A stretch of 37,326 bases of DNA. Source: an uncultured Nitrospira sp. (GTDB lineage: Bacteria > Nitrospirota > Nitrospiria > Nitrospirales > Nitrospiraceae). Below, in pieces: positions 27,055-34,599 of the stretch. A program made the position numbers and the translations under genes. A model generated the notes under the pieces. The model did no database searches and was not told the origin of the DNA. It was given only the letters and a program-made list of their open reading frames with translations. Every line of letters starts with the position of its first letter. Position 1 is the first letter of the stretch. Location: contig CAZPWD010000001.1 of the NCBI GenBank assembly GCA_964590025.1, positions 1 to 37,326 of the forward strand, given 5' to 3'.

Positions 27055-27102
27055 CATCTACATATAGCGATCTAGTAGAATTGTCAATACCAAATATAGT
27101 GG
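27055..27102 (-). promoter_or_regulatory. candidate nrdJ promoter overlapped by two NrdR-box-like palindromes
   Basis: The two 16-mers, read on the minus strand, are CCACTATATTTGGTAT (27102-27087) and TCGCTATATGTAGATG (27070-27055). They match 12/16 and 10/16 positions of the published NrdR-box consensus acaCwAtATaTwGtgt. Their centres are 32 bp apart. TTGACA (minus strand, 27087-27082) lies between them, with a TATATGTA -10-like region inside the proximal box. Confidence 0.5.
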
Positions 27103-27128
27103 TTTGGTTGGGGAAACCGTGGAAATCC

Positions 27129-27137
27129 TGTGGATAA
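27129..27137 (-). promoter_or_regulatory. perfect DnaA box (TTATCCACA on the minus strand)
   Basis: The plus strand reads TGTGGATAA, an exact match to the 9-mer DnaA-box consensus. It lies upstream of the nrdJ promoter. Confidence 0.6.
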
Positions 27138-27182
27138 CTGCAAATAGTTGGGAAACGCCATCTCTCGGAAATTTAGACCGAC

Positions 27183-27191
27183 TTATCCACA
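27183..27191 (+). promoter_or_regulatory. perfect DnaA box (TTATCCACA)
   Basis: This is an exact consensus 9-mer. Its centre is 54 bp from the first box and it is in the opposite orientation. Confidence 0.6.
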
Positions 27192-27251
27192 GTGTTTCGA
27201 TCGAAAATAGACCTCATTTTGATATCCAAGGGATCCTCACAGACAAAAAAA

Positions 27252-27623
27252 CTAAAATACCCGGCGGCCGAGGATCAGAATGGCTTCATCCACTCCCTCA
27301 ACGGGAATGAACTGGTTGCCGATCCCGATAACCACAACCCGAGTATCCAGCACCGTTGTTTCAAACCGGCTGAGAACTCCCCAATTTTGACGAATGGTGT
27401 GAGGGCGCACCATGCTGTTGAGCAACTCCTGACTATGCCTGCGAAAGATATTTCTGACCACCGTCCCTTCCCGTTCGGGTGTGGACTGATCCATTCGATC
27501 CACAGCCTTGGTGAGTTCGGCTTGCACGAAGCCCAGATATTGATCCGTGGTGGGATTCGTCAGTGCCAACACGACACTCATGGCCAATGCCGTCACGACC
27601 AGGCTCAAACGTATAAGGCTCAT
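27252..27623 (-). CDS. DUF4359-like membrane-anchored protein
   Basis: An N-terminal TM/signal anchor is followed by a TNP motif (LALTNPTTDQYLGFV), and a C-terminal ...RQNWGVLSRFET...IGIGNQF pattern follows. This resembles DUF4359 as I recall it. AAGGG lies 6 nt before the ATG. Confidence 0.65.
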   Translation of the reverse strand: MSLIRLSLVVTALAMSVVLALTNPTTDQYLGFVQAELTKAVDRMDQSTPEREGTVVRNIFRRHSQELLNSMVRPHTIRQNWGVLSRFETTVLDTRVVVIGIGNQFIPVEGVDEAILILGRRVF

Positions 27624-27822
27624 AATAGGCCCTTAGCCAGGTATTCATGAATCGTCCTGGCTTAGATTGATTGCCGTTGACCCGATGTCGCAACTGGCTC
27701 AATGGAAACGGAGGCGCGCAGCTCTCCTTTGACAAACAACAGCCGGATGATTAGCCTACGCTCGACAGGTCTGTTGCGGCAACCATGCTGCTCACATTGC
27801 TTGTATCAGGAGGATCATCATC

Positions 27823-28119
27823 ATGTTTGTCTGGAGCAAACGCCTTGTCGCAATCTTGTTGGGATTTTTTGTGCTCATGCTGGGAGTCTTTCTCCTCAAT
27901 GCAGCTCCGGACAGCACGAGCGGCCTCAAGATTCATACAACACGCTGGATGGCCCTCAACTATCTCGGGTTGATTGTGTGGGTCTTCGTCTGGATGATCG
28001 ATCAAGCCCGCATGCGCGGGAAAAATGTCTGGGTTTGGCTTGTCCCCTTCGTCCTGGCACCCCTTCCGACGTTAATGCTGTTCGTCTTGTTCCTCCAGCG
28101 CCGTATACAGTCGTCATAA
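27823..28119 (+). CDS. small integral membrane protein (3 predicted TM; possibly DUF2834-like)
   Basis: AGGAGG lies upstream of the ATG at 27823. The product has three hydrophobic segments. The 3' end overlaps the convergent ampG 3' end by 6 nt. Confidence 0.6.
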   Translation: MFVWSKRLVAILLGFFVLMLGVFLLNAAPDSTSGLKIHTTRWMALNYLGLIVWVFVWMIDQARMRGKNVWVWLVPFVLAPLPTLMLFVLFLQRRIQSS

Positions 28120-29382
28120 ATCGGCCGAGCTGGCTCTTGCTTGCTTATCGCGATCGGCTTTTTGATCCAACTGCGCTCGGAGACCCCACACCAGCCAGAT
28201 ACCGGGTAGAGCGAACAGAAACGACCAGAAGAAAAATTGTGCCCAGCCGACCATTTCGACCAATTCGGCCGACGGGCGACCGGAGAACACTCGCCCGAGC
28301 GCTTCCAGGGAAGAGAGCAACGCGAACTGGGTTGCTGTATAGCGATGGTCGCACAGCGACATAATCAGTGCGACAAACGCTGCGGTACCCATGCCACCGG
28401 TCACATTCTCGACGAGAATCGATGTCGTGAGCGCCGCGTAACTCTTGCCCATCCAGGCGAGCCACATGAATCCCAAGTTTGAGACCGCTTGCAAAAGACC
28501 AAAGAGCAGTAACGACCGGACCATCCCGAGCTTAGCCATTGCGACGCCCCCGACCAACGCACCGATGAGTGTGGCTCCGAGCCCAAAGCCCTTCACATAC
28601 CCGACCTCGCTGACGGAGAAGCCCATTCCTCCAATAAGAAACGCCGTTTGAAGAGAGGCCGCGACGGCGTCTCCAATTTTATAGAAGACAATGAGGGCGA
28701 GGAGCCCAACCACGCAAGGACGCGCAAAGAATTCTTTCAGTGGTCCACCAACCGCTTCGGCCAAGCTTGCCGGCGTGGCACTCGGCTCTGACGGTTCCGG
28801 ACTAACGAGGATCGTGGCGACCCCTGCCGCCATTAACGCGGCAAGCAGCAAGTAGGTGTTTTGCCATCCTATATGATCGGCCAACAGCAGGGCGCCGGCG
28901 CTCGCAAACAACAGCGCACATCGGTAGCCATTCACCCACACAGCTGCACCGAATCCCCGTTCCGGACGCAAGAGCAAATCGGTCCGATAGGCGTCGAAGA
29001 CAATGTCAAGTGAGGCAGAGAGGAAGGCCACCACGAGAGCCAGGACCCCGAGTATCTCCGGACGTTGGCCTGGACCAGTCACCGCCATGGCAGTCAAGCC
29101 GAGAACGACACTGAGCTGCATCACCAGCATCCATCCGCGCCGGCGCCCCAGCCAGGGAGGGACCAGGCGATCCATCAAGGGGGCCCACAAGAACTTCAGT
29201 GTGTATGGGAGACCGACGAGCGTAAAAATGCCGATGGTCTTCAAGTCGACCCCGGCAACCGTCAGCCAGGCCTGGAGCGTCCCAGCTGTGAGGGCCAATG
29301 GCAACCCCGAGGCAAAACCCAAGGGCAACATGATGCCAATGCGCCGGTTCGCAAGGATCTGAATGAACGAGGCTGTTTTCAT
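28114..29382 (-). CDS. ampG: AmpG family muropeptide MFS transporter
   Basis: The N-terminus (LPLGFASGLPLALTAGTLQAWL...LPYTLKFLWAPLMDR) is characteristic of AmpG. The protein is a multi-TM MFS. Confidence 0.9.
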   Translation of the reverse strand: MKTASFIQILANRRIGIMLPLGFASGLPLALTAGTLQAWLTVAGVDLKTIGIFTLVGLPYTLKFLWAPLMDRLVPPWLGRRRGWMLVMQLSVVLGLTAMAVTGPGQRPEILGVLALVVAFLSASLDIVFDAYRTDLLLRPERGFGAAVWVNGYRCALLFASAGALLLADHIGWQNTYLLLAALMAAGVATILVSPEPSEPSATPASLAEAVGGPLKEFFARPCVVGLLALIVFYKIGDAVAASLQTAFLIGGMGFSVSEVGYVKGFGLGATLIGALVGGVAMAKLGMVRSLLLFGLLQAVSNLGFMWLAWMGKSYAALTTSILVENVTGGMGTAAFVALIMSLCDHRYTATQFALLSSLEALGRVFSGRPSAELVEMVGWAQFFFWSFLFALPGIWLVWGLRAQLDQKADRDKQARASSADL

Positions 29383-29530
29383 CGAGACGTGTCAGTACGC
29401 ATGAGGAAGTAGCATATCATCGGAACGGAAGAGAGGTTCAGGACATTCTCGAAATCTAATCTATCGAGAGGAAGGAGGGGTAGGCTGACGAGGCGCTGGA
29501 TGACCACCTCGCGCAGCAGCGCATCAAAAC

Positions 29531-29941
29531 TCAACAGGGTTGTCCATTGAAGGCGCAGGGCTTGTAGCGCGAAATGTCAAACTCCACGTTTTCTTGGTAG
29601 ACCCGTTCGTTCCCGTTCACGCCATCCTGCTCCGGATCGTTATACATGGTGTGGTTCCACCAGTAGAACAAGGGATAGGCCTCCGTCCGGTAGACAGGAT
29701 TGCCATAATTGCTCCTGGCATAGTCCTGGACCAACCGGCCCGTCACGTAGTCGACTTGACCATTGCCAGTGAGTGAATAAAACATCAAGAAGAGCCGCGC
29801 CTCGTGATCGTAGTGCTCGTCAATTCTTGTCGCGAGATCAGGTTCGAGAGGAAGGATCTCCTTCGTCCACCCTCCGGACCCAGGGAGGAGGAGAAGAAGA
29901 GATACCGTGAAGATGGAAGCCGCCATCTGCGAAGGTGTCAC
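29531..29941 (-). CDS. hypothetical secreted protein
   Basis: It has a signal-like N-terminus (MAASIFTVSLLLLLPGSGG), a Trp/Tyr-rich mature part and two C-terminal Cys residues (CAFNGQPC). I recognise no family. The start is ambiguous between the GTG at 29941 and the ATG at 29926. Confidence 0.55.
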   Translation of the reverse strand: MTPSQMAASIFTVSLLLLLPGSGGWTKEILPLEPDLATRIDEHYDHEARLFLMFYSLTGNGQVDYVTGRLVQDYARSNYGNPVYRTEAYPLFYWWNHTMYNDPEQDGVNGNERVYQENVEFDISRYKPCAFNGQPC

Positions 29942-30091
29942 AACAGACTCACAATAATCGGGCGGGCACGGGGTCGGCGAACTTTACCATGGCCTTCTAA
30001 GGCCTTCAAGCGAGGACAGAGCGCAACGTGAAGGACTCGCTGGAGATCCTTGCTCCCATCGCAAGGATCTCCCTATAATGGCCCGACTATC

Positions 30092-31423
30092 ATGAAACGT
30101 GCATCTCTCCATACACTCGGCTGCCGACTGAACCAAGCAGAAACAGCGGTGCTCGCAGCTCGCTTGCGGCACGATGGCTACCGCGTCGTGGAGTTCGGTG
30201 AGCCGACGGACTTGCTCGTCGTGAACACCTGCTCTGTGACAGAGGATGCAGAACGGACCTGCCGATACGTCATCCGCAAGACGTTGAGACATTCCCCCGA
30301 TGCATTTGTGGCAGTGACCGGCTGTTACGCCCAGACCGGCGTTCAAGAGCTGCGTACCATTCCCGGAATCGATCTCATCGTCGGCAATCAATTCAAATGG
30401 GACTTACCATCATTTCTTCCAGCTCCACAGGCCCTGAAGAAGCAGCCAGACCCGGAAGTGCTCCATACTCGCACCATCGGCCGAGAGGATTTCACCCTAC
30501 CGGAGTATGGCGAACCAGACTCCACCAGAGCGCTGCTCAAGATCCAGGACGGCTGTAACGTGATGTGCAGCTTCTGTCTCATCCCCTTCGCGCGCGGGCA
30601 TGAGCGGAGCCGCCTCCGGGATGACGTGATCCGAGAAGCCGAGATGCTTGTGGCGGGAGGGTATCGGGAAATTGTGCTGACCGGCGTCAACGTCGGGCAA
30701 TATCGTCAGGGCGAGCTCGATCTGGTCGGGTTGATCGCACAATTGGAGGCGGTTGAAGGACTCGAGCGAATCAGGATTTCGTCTATTGAGCCGACGACGA
30801 TCACGAACGCCCTCTTAGATCGAATGGCCTCCTCATCGAAGCTCTGTCCCTATCTCCATATCCCCATCCAAAGCGGAGACGACACCATCTTGTCGTCCAT
30901 GAATCGTCCGTATGATGTCGAAGAGTGTACTCGTCTAATCCACCGGGCCGTGGCGGCGATTCCTCACCTCGGGCTGGGAACCGATCTGATGGTCGGGTTT
31001 CCCGGAGAAACTGATGAAGCGTTCGAGCACACTCTGGGCATCGCGCGCGAGCTTCCGTTTTCCTACTTCCATGTCTTTACCTATTCACGACGGCCCGGCA
31101 CCACTGCGACGAAGTTGCCCGACCAGGTGCCGGTCGCAGTCGCTCGGCAACGCGCCAAGATACTCGCCGAACTGTCCCGCCTTAAACGCCTGGCTTTTGC
31201 GGAACGGTATATCGGATCCACCGTGTCCGTCCTGTTCGAGTCAGGAGTAATGGACGGCTTCCGATTGGGGGTGACAGCAAACTTCTTGAAGGTAGGCGTT
31301 CCATCAAACATCGACCTCACCAATCACCTGAAAGAGGTGCGGATTATCGGAACGTCGGACCGTTGGGCGTTGGGTCAGCTGACAGTGGAGCGTCAGCTCA
31401 TGCGAAGGGTGCCGGTTCTATGA
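30092..31423 (+). CDS. mtaB: tRNA t6A37 methylthiotransferase, MtaB-type radical SAM enzyme
   Basis: The N-terminal MTTase domain is MKRASLHTLGCRLNQAE...VVNTCSVT. The radical SAM motif is CNVMCSFC. A C-terminal TRAM-like region is present. Confidence 0.88.
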   Translation: MKRASLHTLGCRLNQAETAVLAARLRHDGYRVVEFGEPTDLLVVNTCSVTEDAERTCRYVIRKTLRHSPDAFVAVTGCYAQTGVQELRTIPGIDLIVGNQFKWDLPSFLPAPQALKKQPDPEVLHTRTIGREDFTLPEYGEPDSTRALLKIQDGCNVMCSFCLIPFARGHERSRLRDDVIREAEMLVAGGYREIVLTGVNVGQYRQGELDLVGLIAQLEAVEGLERIRISSIEPTTITNALLDRMASSSKLCPYLHIPIQSGDDTILSSMNRPYDVEECTRLIHRAVAAIPHLGLGTDLMVGFPGETDEAFEHTLGIARELPFSYFHVFTYSRRPGTTATKLPDQVPVAVARQRAKILAELSRLKRLAFAERYIGSTVSVLFESGVMDGFRLGVTANFLKVGVPSNIDLTNHLKEVRIIGTSDRWALGQLTVERQLMRRVPVL

Positions 31424-32769
31424 AGGCCAAATCCATACCGCCTCACGTGCATCTTGAAACCTTCGGCTGTCAGATGAACGAGTACGACTCAGAGCTCGTT
31501 CGCTCGCTTATGAAACAGGATGGATTTGTGTTTACCGACGAGCGAGAACGTGCGGACGTGATTCTGATGAACACCTGCGCGATTCGCGAGAATGCCCACA
31601 ATAAGGTCTATAAACACTTATCTGAGCTCAAGAAACTCAAGCGGCAACGTCCGTTAGTCGTGGGCGTCTTGGGTTGTATGGCGCAAAACCTGAAAGAGGA
31701 ATTGACGGACATTCAGCCGCTGGTCGATGTGCTCGCCGGCCCTGACGCCTATCGCCAGCTGCCGATGTTGATCCGCAACGCGATGCTCTCGCAAGAAGAG
31801 GGCCTGGATCAGAGGGGACTCGCGGTCGACCTTTCAGAATATGAAACCTATCACGATGTCATACCCGACCGAAACGACGGAGTGAACGCCTGGATCGCTG
31901 TCATGCGAGGCTGCGACAACTTCTGCAGCTTCTGTGTGGTCCCCTACACTCGGGGGCGTGAACGCTCCCGCGATCCAGAGGGAATCGTTCAGGAAGCACG
32001 CCGGATCGCCGAGCAAGGATTCAAGCAGATCACACTCCTGGGGCAAAACGTCAATTCGTACCGATTCGGCGACTGGGATTTTGCACGATTGATCACGGCC
32101 GTCGCGGACGTGCTCGGCATCGAACGCGTGAGGTTCACATCCCCGCACCCCAAAGACTTTCCGCCTTCATTGTTGGAAGCCGTCGTGTCCCATCCCAACA
32201 TCTGCAAGCAAATTCATTTGCCACTGCAATCCGGCAGCGACCGCATGCTCGGCTTGATGAATCGCACCTATACCAATAAAGAGTATCGTGTTTTGGTCGA
32301 CCGTATCCGCACCCTGCGGCCGGACATCGTCCTGACCACCGATATCATCTGTGGTTTCTGTGGGGAAAGCGATGCGGAGTTTGCCGAGACATACCGGCTT
32401 GTCGAGGAGACACGGTTTCATTCAGCATTTATCTTCAAATACTCTGAGCGAAAGAACACCATTGCCGCGCGCAAGTTTTCGGACGATGTTTCCGAGCAGG
32501 TAAAGACCGAACGAGTGACGCGACTCTTCGACCTCCAACGGAACATTTCCTACGAGCGCAACCGGGAATATCTCAAGACGATAGTTCCAGTCCTAGTCGA
32601 AGGAAACGCCAAACGATCCGCGGCGCAGGGCATGGGAAAATCGGATGGCAACATCACCGTCATCTGGGACAAGTGCGCAGTCCCCTCTCAACCGGGAGAC
32701 ATGATTCCCCTTGCCATCTACGATGCGTCCTCCTCGACGTTGTATGCTGAACGTCCGCTGGCAAATTGA
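31420..32769 (+). CDS. miaB: tRNA-2-methylthio-N6-dimethylallyladenosine synthase
   Basis: It carries HLETFGCQMNEYDSE...MNTCAIRE, the radical SAM motif CDNFCSFC and a TRAM domain. Its ATG overlaps the mtaB TGA as ATGA. Confidence 0.93.
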   Translation: MKAKSIPPHVHLETFGCQMNEYDSELVRSLMKQDGFVFTDERERADVILMNTCAIRENAHNKVYKHLSELKKLKRQRPLVVGVLGCMAQNLKEELTDIQPLVDVLAGPDAYRQLPMLIRNAMLSQEEGLDQRGLAVDLSEYETYHDVIPDRNDGVNAWIAVMRGCDNFCSFCVVPYTRGRERSRDPEGIVQEARRIAEQGFKQITLLGQNVNSYRFGDWDFARLITAVADVLGIERVRFTSPHPKDFPPSLLEAVVSHPNICKQIHLPLQSGSDRMLGLMNRTYTNKEYRVLVDRIRTLRPDIVLTTDIICGFCGESDAEFAETYRLVEETRFHSAFIFKYSERKNTIAARKFSDDVSEQVKTERVTRLFDLQRNISYERNREYLKTIVPVLVEGNAKRSAAQGMGKSDGNITVIWDKCAVPSQPGDMIPLAIYDASSSTLYAERPLAN

Positions 32770-32799
32770 ATCGTTGGTGCCCGCCTACTTTCCGAGGAG

Positions 32800-32874
32800 T
32801 GAAGCTCCCCGTGGTAGCCTACTCCGCCGAAGTAGCCACTTCAGCTACGAAGGCCGGATGCTGCTACGGGGTAT
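32800..32874 (+). repeat. copy B of the 72-75 nt structured repeat (copy A is at 1097-1168)
   Basis: It reads TGAAGCTCCCCGTGGTAGCCTACTCCGCCGAAGTAGCCACTTCAGCTACGAAGGCCGGATGCTGCTACGGGGTAT and starts 31 nt after the miaB stop, in the same orientation as the gene. The outer 12-bp stem includes two G-U pairs. Confidence 0.8.
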
Positions 32875-33279
32875 GCGGCGAAGGAGAATCATTTCTGTAG
32901 AATACGCTCCAAAAACGAACACTTCCGAACAAGATCTGTTTGTGAATTCCCCAGTCCCTCGCGGCTCTCAAGAAGTGATATACGGTTGCCATTCGCATGA
33001 TGATGCGCAGTGGAACGTGAGCTTTCCTTTCCAGAATCCATGAAATAACTCGGCACATTGGTGCGATTTAGTACTGCATTATCAAAGGCCTAGACTCATT
33101 ACCTCCTATGCTTATTCTTGTCCCCATTTAGTCAGTCCATTCTGTAACAATTCCCATCTTCTGCTGATATTGCCCTAGTACATCACTGAGTCTACTTCAT
33201 CCCTACTAGAGGCATAATCTTTGCTATCCAATGAGTCACCTATGCGTAACCGTACACGCTCACTCTTTGGAGACGGGGC

Positions 33280-33411
33280 ATGATCGAGAATAAAGATCAG
33301 AGCGTAAAAGAAAAAACAGATACCTCCATGAGCCTGGAAACTCTTATTGCGATGGGACTCTTCGGATGGATTGCACTGAGCGTGGCACTGATGGGCCTGG
33401 GAATCTGGTAA
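33280..33411 (+). CDS. candidate 43-aa single-TM small protein (not in the ORF track)
   Basis: GGAG (33269-33272) lies 7 nt before the ATG. The product is MIENKDQSVKEKTDTSMSLETLIAMGLFGWIALSVALMGLGIW, with a polar head and one hydrophobic helix. The ORF lies 72 nt upstream of the lipoprotein gene. Confidence 0.35.
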   Translation: MIENKDQSVKEKTDTSMSLETLIAMGLFGWIALSVALMGLGIW

Positions 33412-33483
33412 TCCCCCTAGGCGCGCTGACATTGCATCTCGCCACGGATAACACACACCCGTTCTGAAAGAAGGAGAGTCGCG

Positions 33484-34413
33484 ATGAAGAGCTGCCTTCC
33501 GCTAACGAATGTGCGAAGTCCGATCATGCAGAGCCTTGTTGGGATCGCCGCCTGTGCCCTCGTCTTCAGCGGTTGCGCCGGTGGGACAAAACTCGCTCAC
33601 AATGCAAAGGGCAGCGTCTACTTGGCAGAAGTGACTGATTGGTCGTTTGAAGCCAGCCATCCCGCTGTGATCGATCAACTGACCATCACAAAGATCGTGA
33701 AAGGGTTATATAGCAATGACGGCATGAGCGGATCTTCGAGAATGTCCGCTGGTGGCAGCAAGCCGATGAGAATTTTCAGCGATGAGGATGCAGAATTTCT
33801 CTCTCCCCTGCTCGCACAAGGCTTATCAAAAGCTAAACCCGAACAGCTTGTTGGGTTCCGCGTATCCTCATCGGCAGGGTCAGGCTCTGAACCCACCACG
33901 GGCAGTATTTACGTGCAGAAGGAATTGATCTACTTGACCATTGGAACAGGTGTCAAGCCGACTGGTTTTATGCCTGAGTCGGCTGCGCGCACCGAACCAT
34001 CTCCGGCCTATGCCGCCGGTGGTGCACTCGACGCCATGACGATGATCATCGACTATCATGCACTGGCCAATGCGCCGATGCCCGCCGCCATGCCGATCGC
34101 AAAAGCCACGCCGATCACTCCGGTTGTGCCCATGATGGCGGCCGCTCCGGTGAAAACTCAGGCGGTCTCCGACAGTGCGGGCCAGGAGACGGGAGAGAGC
34201 GAATTTATTGCTCAGAAACTCAGTGACTTGAAGAGAGCAAAAGAGGCGCTCACCAAGAAGGACTCTGAGATCAATATGCTTCGCAAGGAATCGGAATGGA
34301 TGAAGCGCGAACTGCGGGACCGAGACGAGGAAATAAAAGCGCTCAGGGCAACCAAGGTATCCGCTAAACCGGCACCGAAGAAGAAAACGGCACAGGCAAG
34401 GCAGACTCGCTAG
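33484..34413 (+). CDS. lipoprotein with an unknown N-terminal domain, a Pro/Ala/Met linker and a C-terminal coiled coil
   Basis: AAGGAG lies upstream of the ATG. The lipobox is LVFSGC. The linker is APMPAAMPIAKATPITPVVPMMAAAP. A heptad-rich C-terminus is followed by a basic tail. Confidence 0.7.
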   Translation: MKSCLPLTNVRSPIMQSLVGIAACALVFSGCAGGTKLAHNAKGSVYLAEVTDWSFEASHPAVIDQLTITKIVKGLYSNDGMSGSSRMSAGGSKPMRIFSDEDAEFLSPLLAQGLSKAKPEQLVGFRVSSSAGSGSEPTTGSIYVQKELIYLTIGTGVKPTGFMPESAARTEPSPAYAAGGALDAMTMIIDYHALANAPMPAAMPIAKATPITPVVPMMAAAPVKTQAVSDSAGQETGESEFIAQKLSDLKRAKEALTKKDSEINMLRKESEWMKRELRDRDEEIKALRATKVSAKPAPKKKTAQARQTR

Positions 34414-34430
34414 CCTGCCCTAACCCCCAT

Positions 34431-34591
34431 TATTCATGAAGCTTCTGCTGCAAGCGCGGATACGCGGCTGTGACGGGCAGTCTCGCCGTTCAGCCCTTCG
34501 ACATACTGCACGAGTATGCCTCAGGGCTTCACGCCTCCGAGTGCCCGTCTCGCTTCGCGCCTGCACGCTTTCGCGACGAACCTTCATGAAT
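34431..34591. repeat. long imperfect palindrome between convergent genes
   Basis: The ends, TATTCATGAAG (34431-34441) and CTTCATGAATA (34581-34591), are perfect inverted repeats. The central hairpin is CATACT-GCACG-AGTATG. Internal matched blocks include GACGGGCA and AGCCCT. It also contains GAGACGGGC, which is shared with 360-382. Confidence 0.75.
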
Positions 34592-34599
34592 ACTGCGGG

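Noticed and set aside
26846-27060. A cobalamin riboswitch in the long nrdJ leader.
   Set aside because: I could not find a B12-box-like core (conserved GCCACUG-type element), and B12 riboswitches usually repress B12-independent isozymes rather than nrdJ. This needs an Infernal scan to exclude formally.
27129-27191. A chromosomal replication origin (oriC), suggested by the perfect DnaA boxes.
   Set aside because: There are only two boxes. I saw no cluster of additional relaxed boxes and no AT-rich 13-mer-type unwinding repeats, and dnaA, dnaN and gidA are not nearby. A regulatory role at the nrdJ promoter is more parsimonious.
32825-32850. A tRNA-like anticodon stem-loop (GTAGC-CACTTCA-GCTAC) inside repeat copy B.
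   Set aside because: It has no U33-type loop layout, no T-arm GTTCRA motif and no acceptor stem. No tRNA signature was found anywhere in the window.
32711-33456. ORFs 32711-33043 (+), 32864-33058 (-) and 33175-33456 (-) in the AT-richer spacer.
   Set aside because: They have no SD and an odd composition (Cys/His/Arg-rich). They overlap one another, and the last is antisense to the better-supported 43-aa ORF. I treat the interval as non-coding pending expression data.
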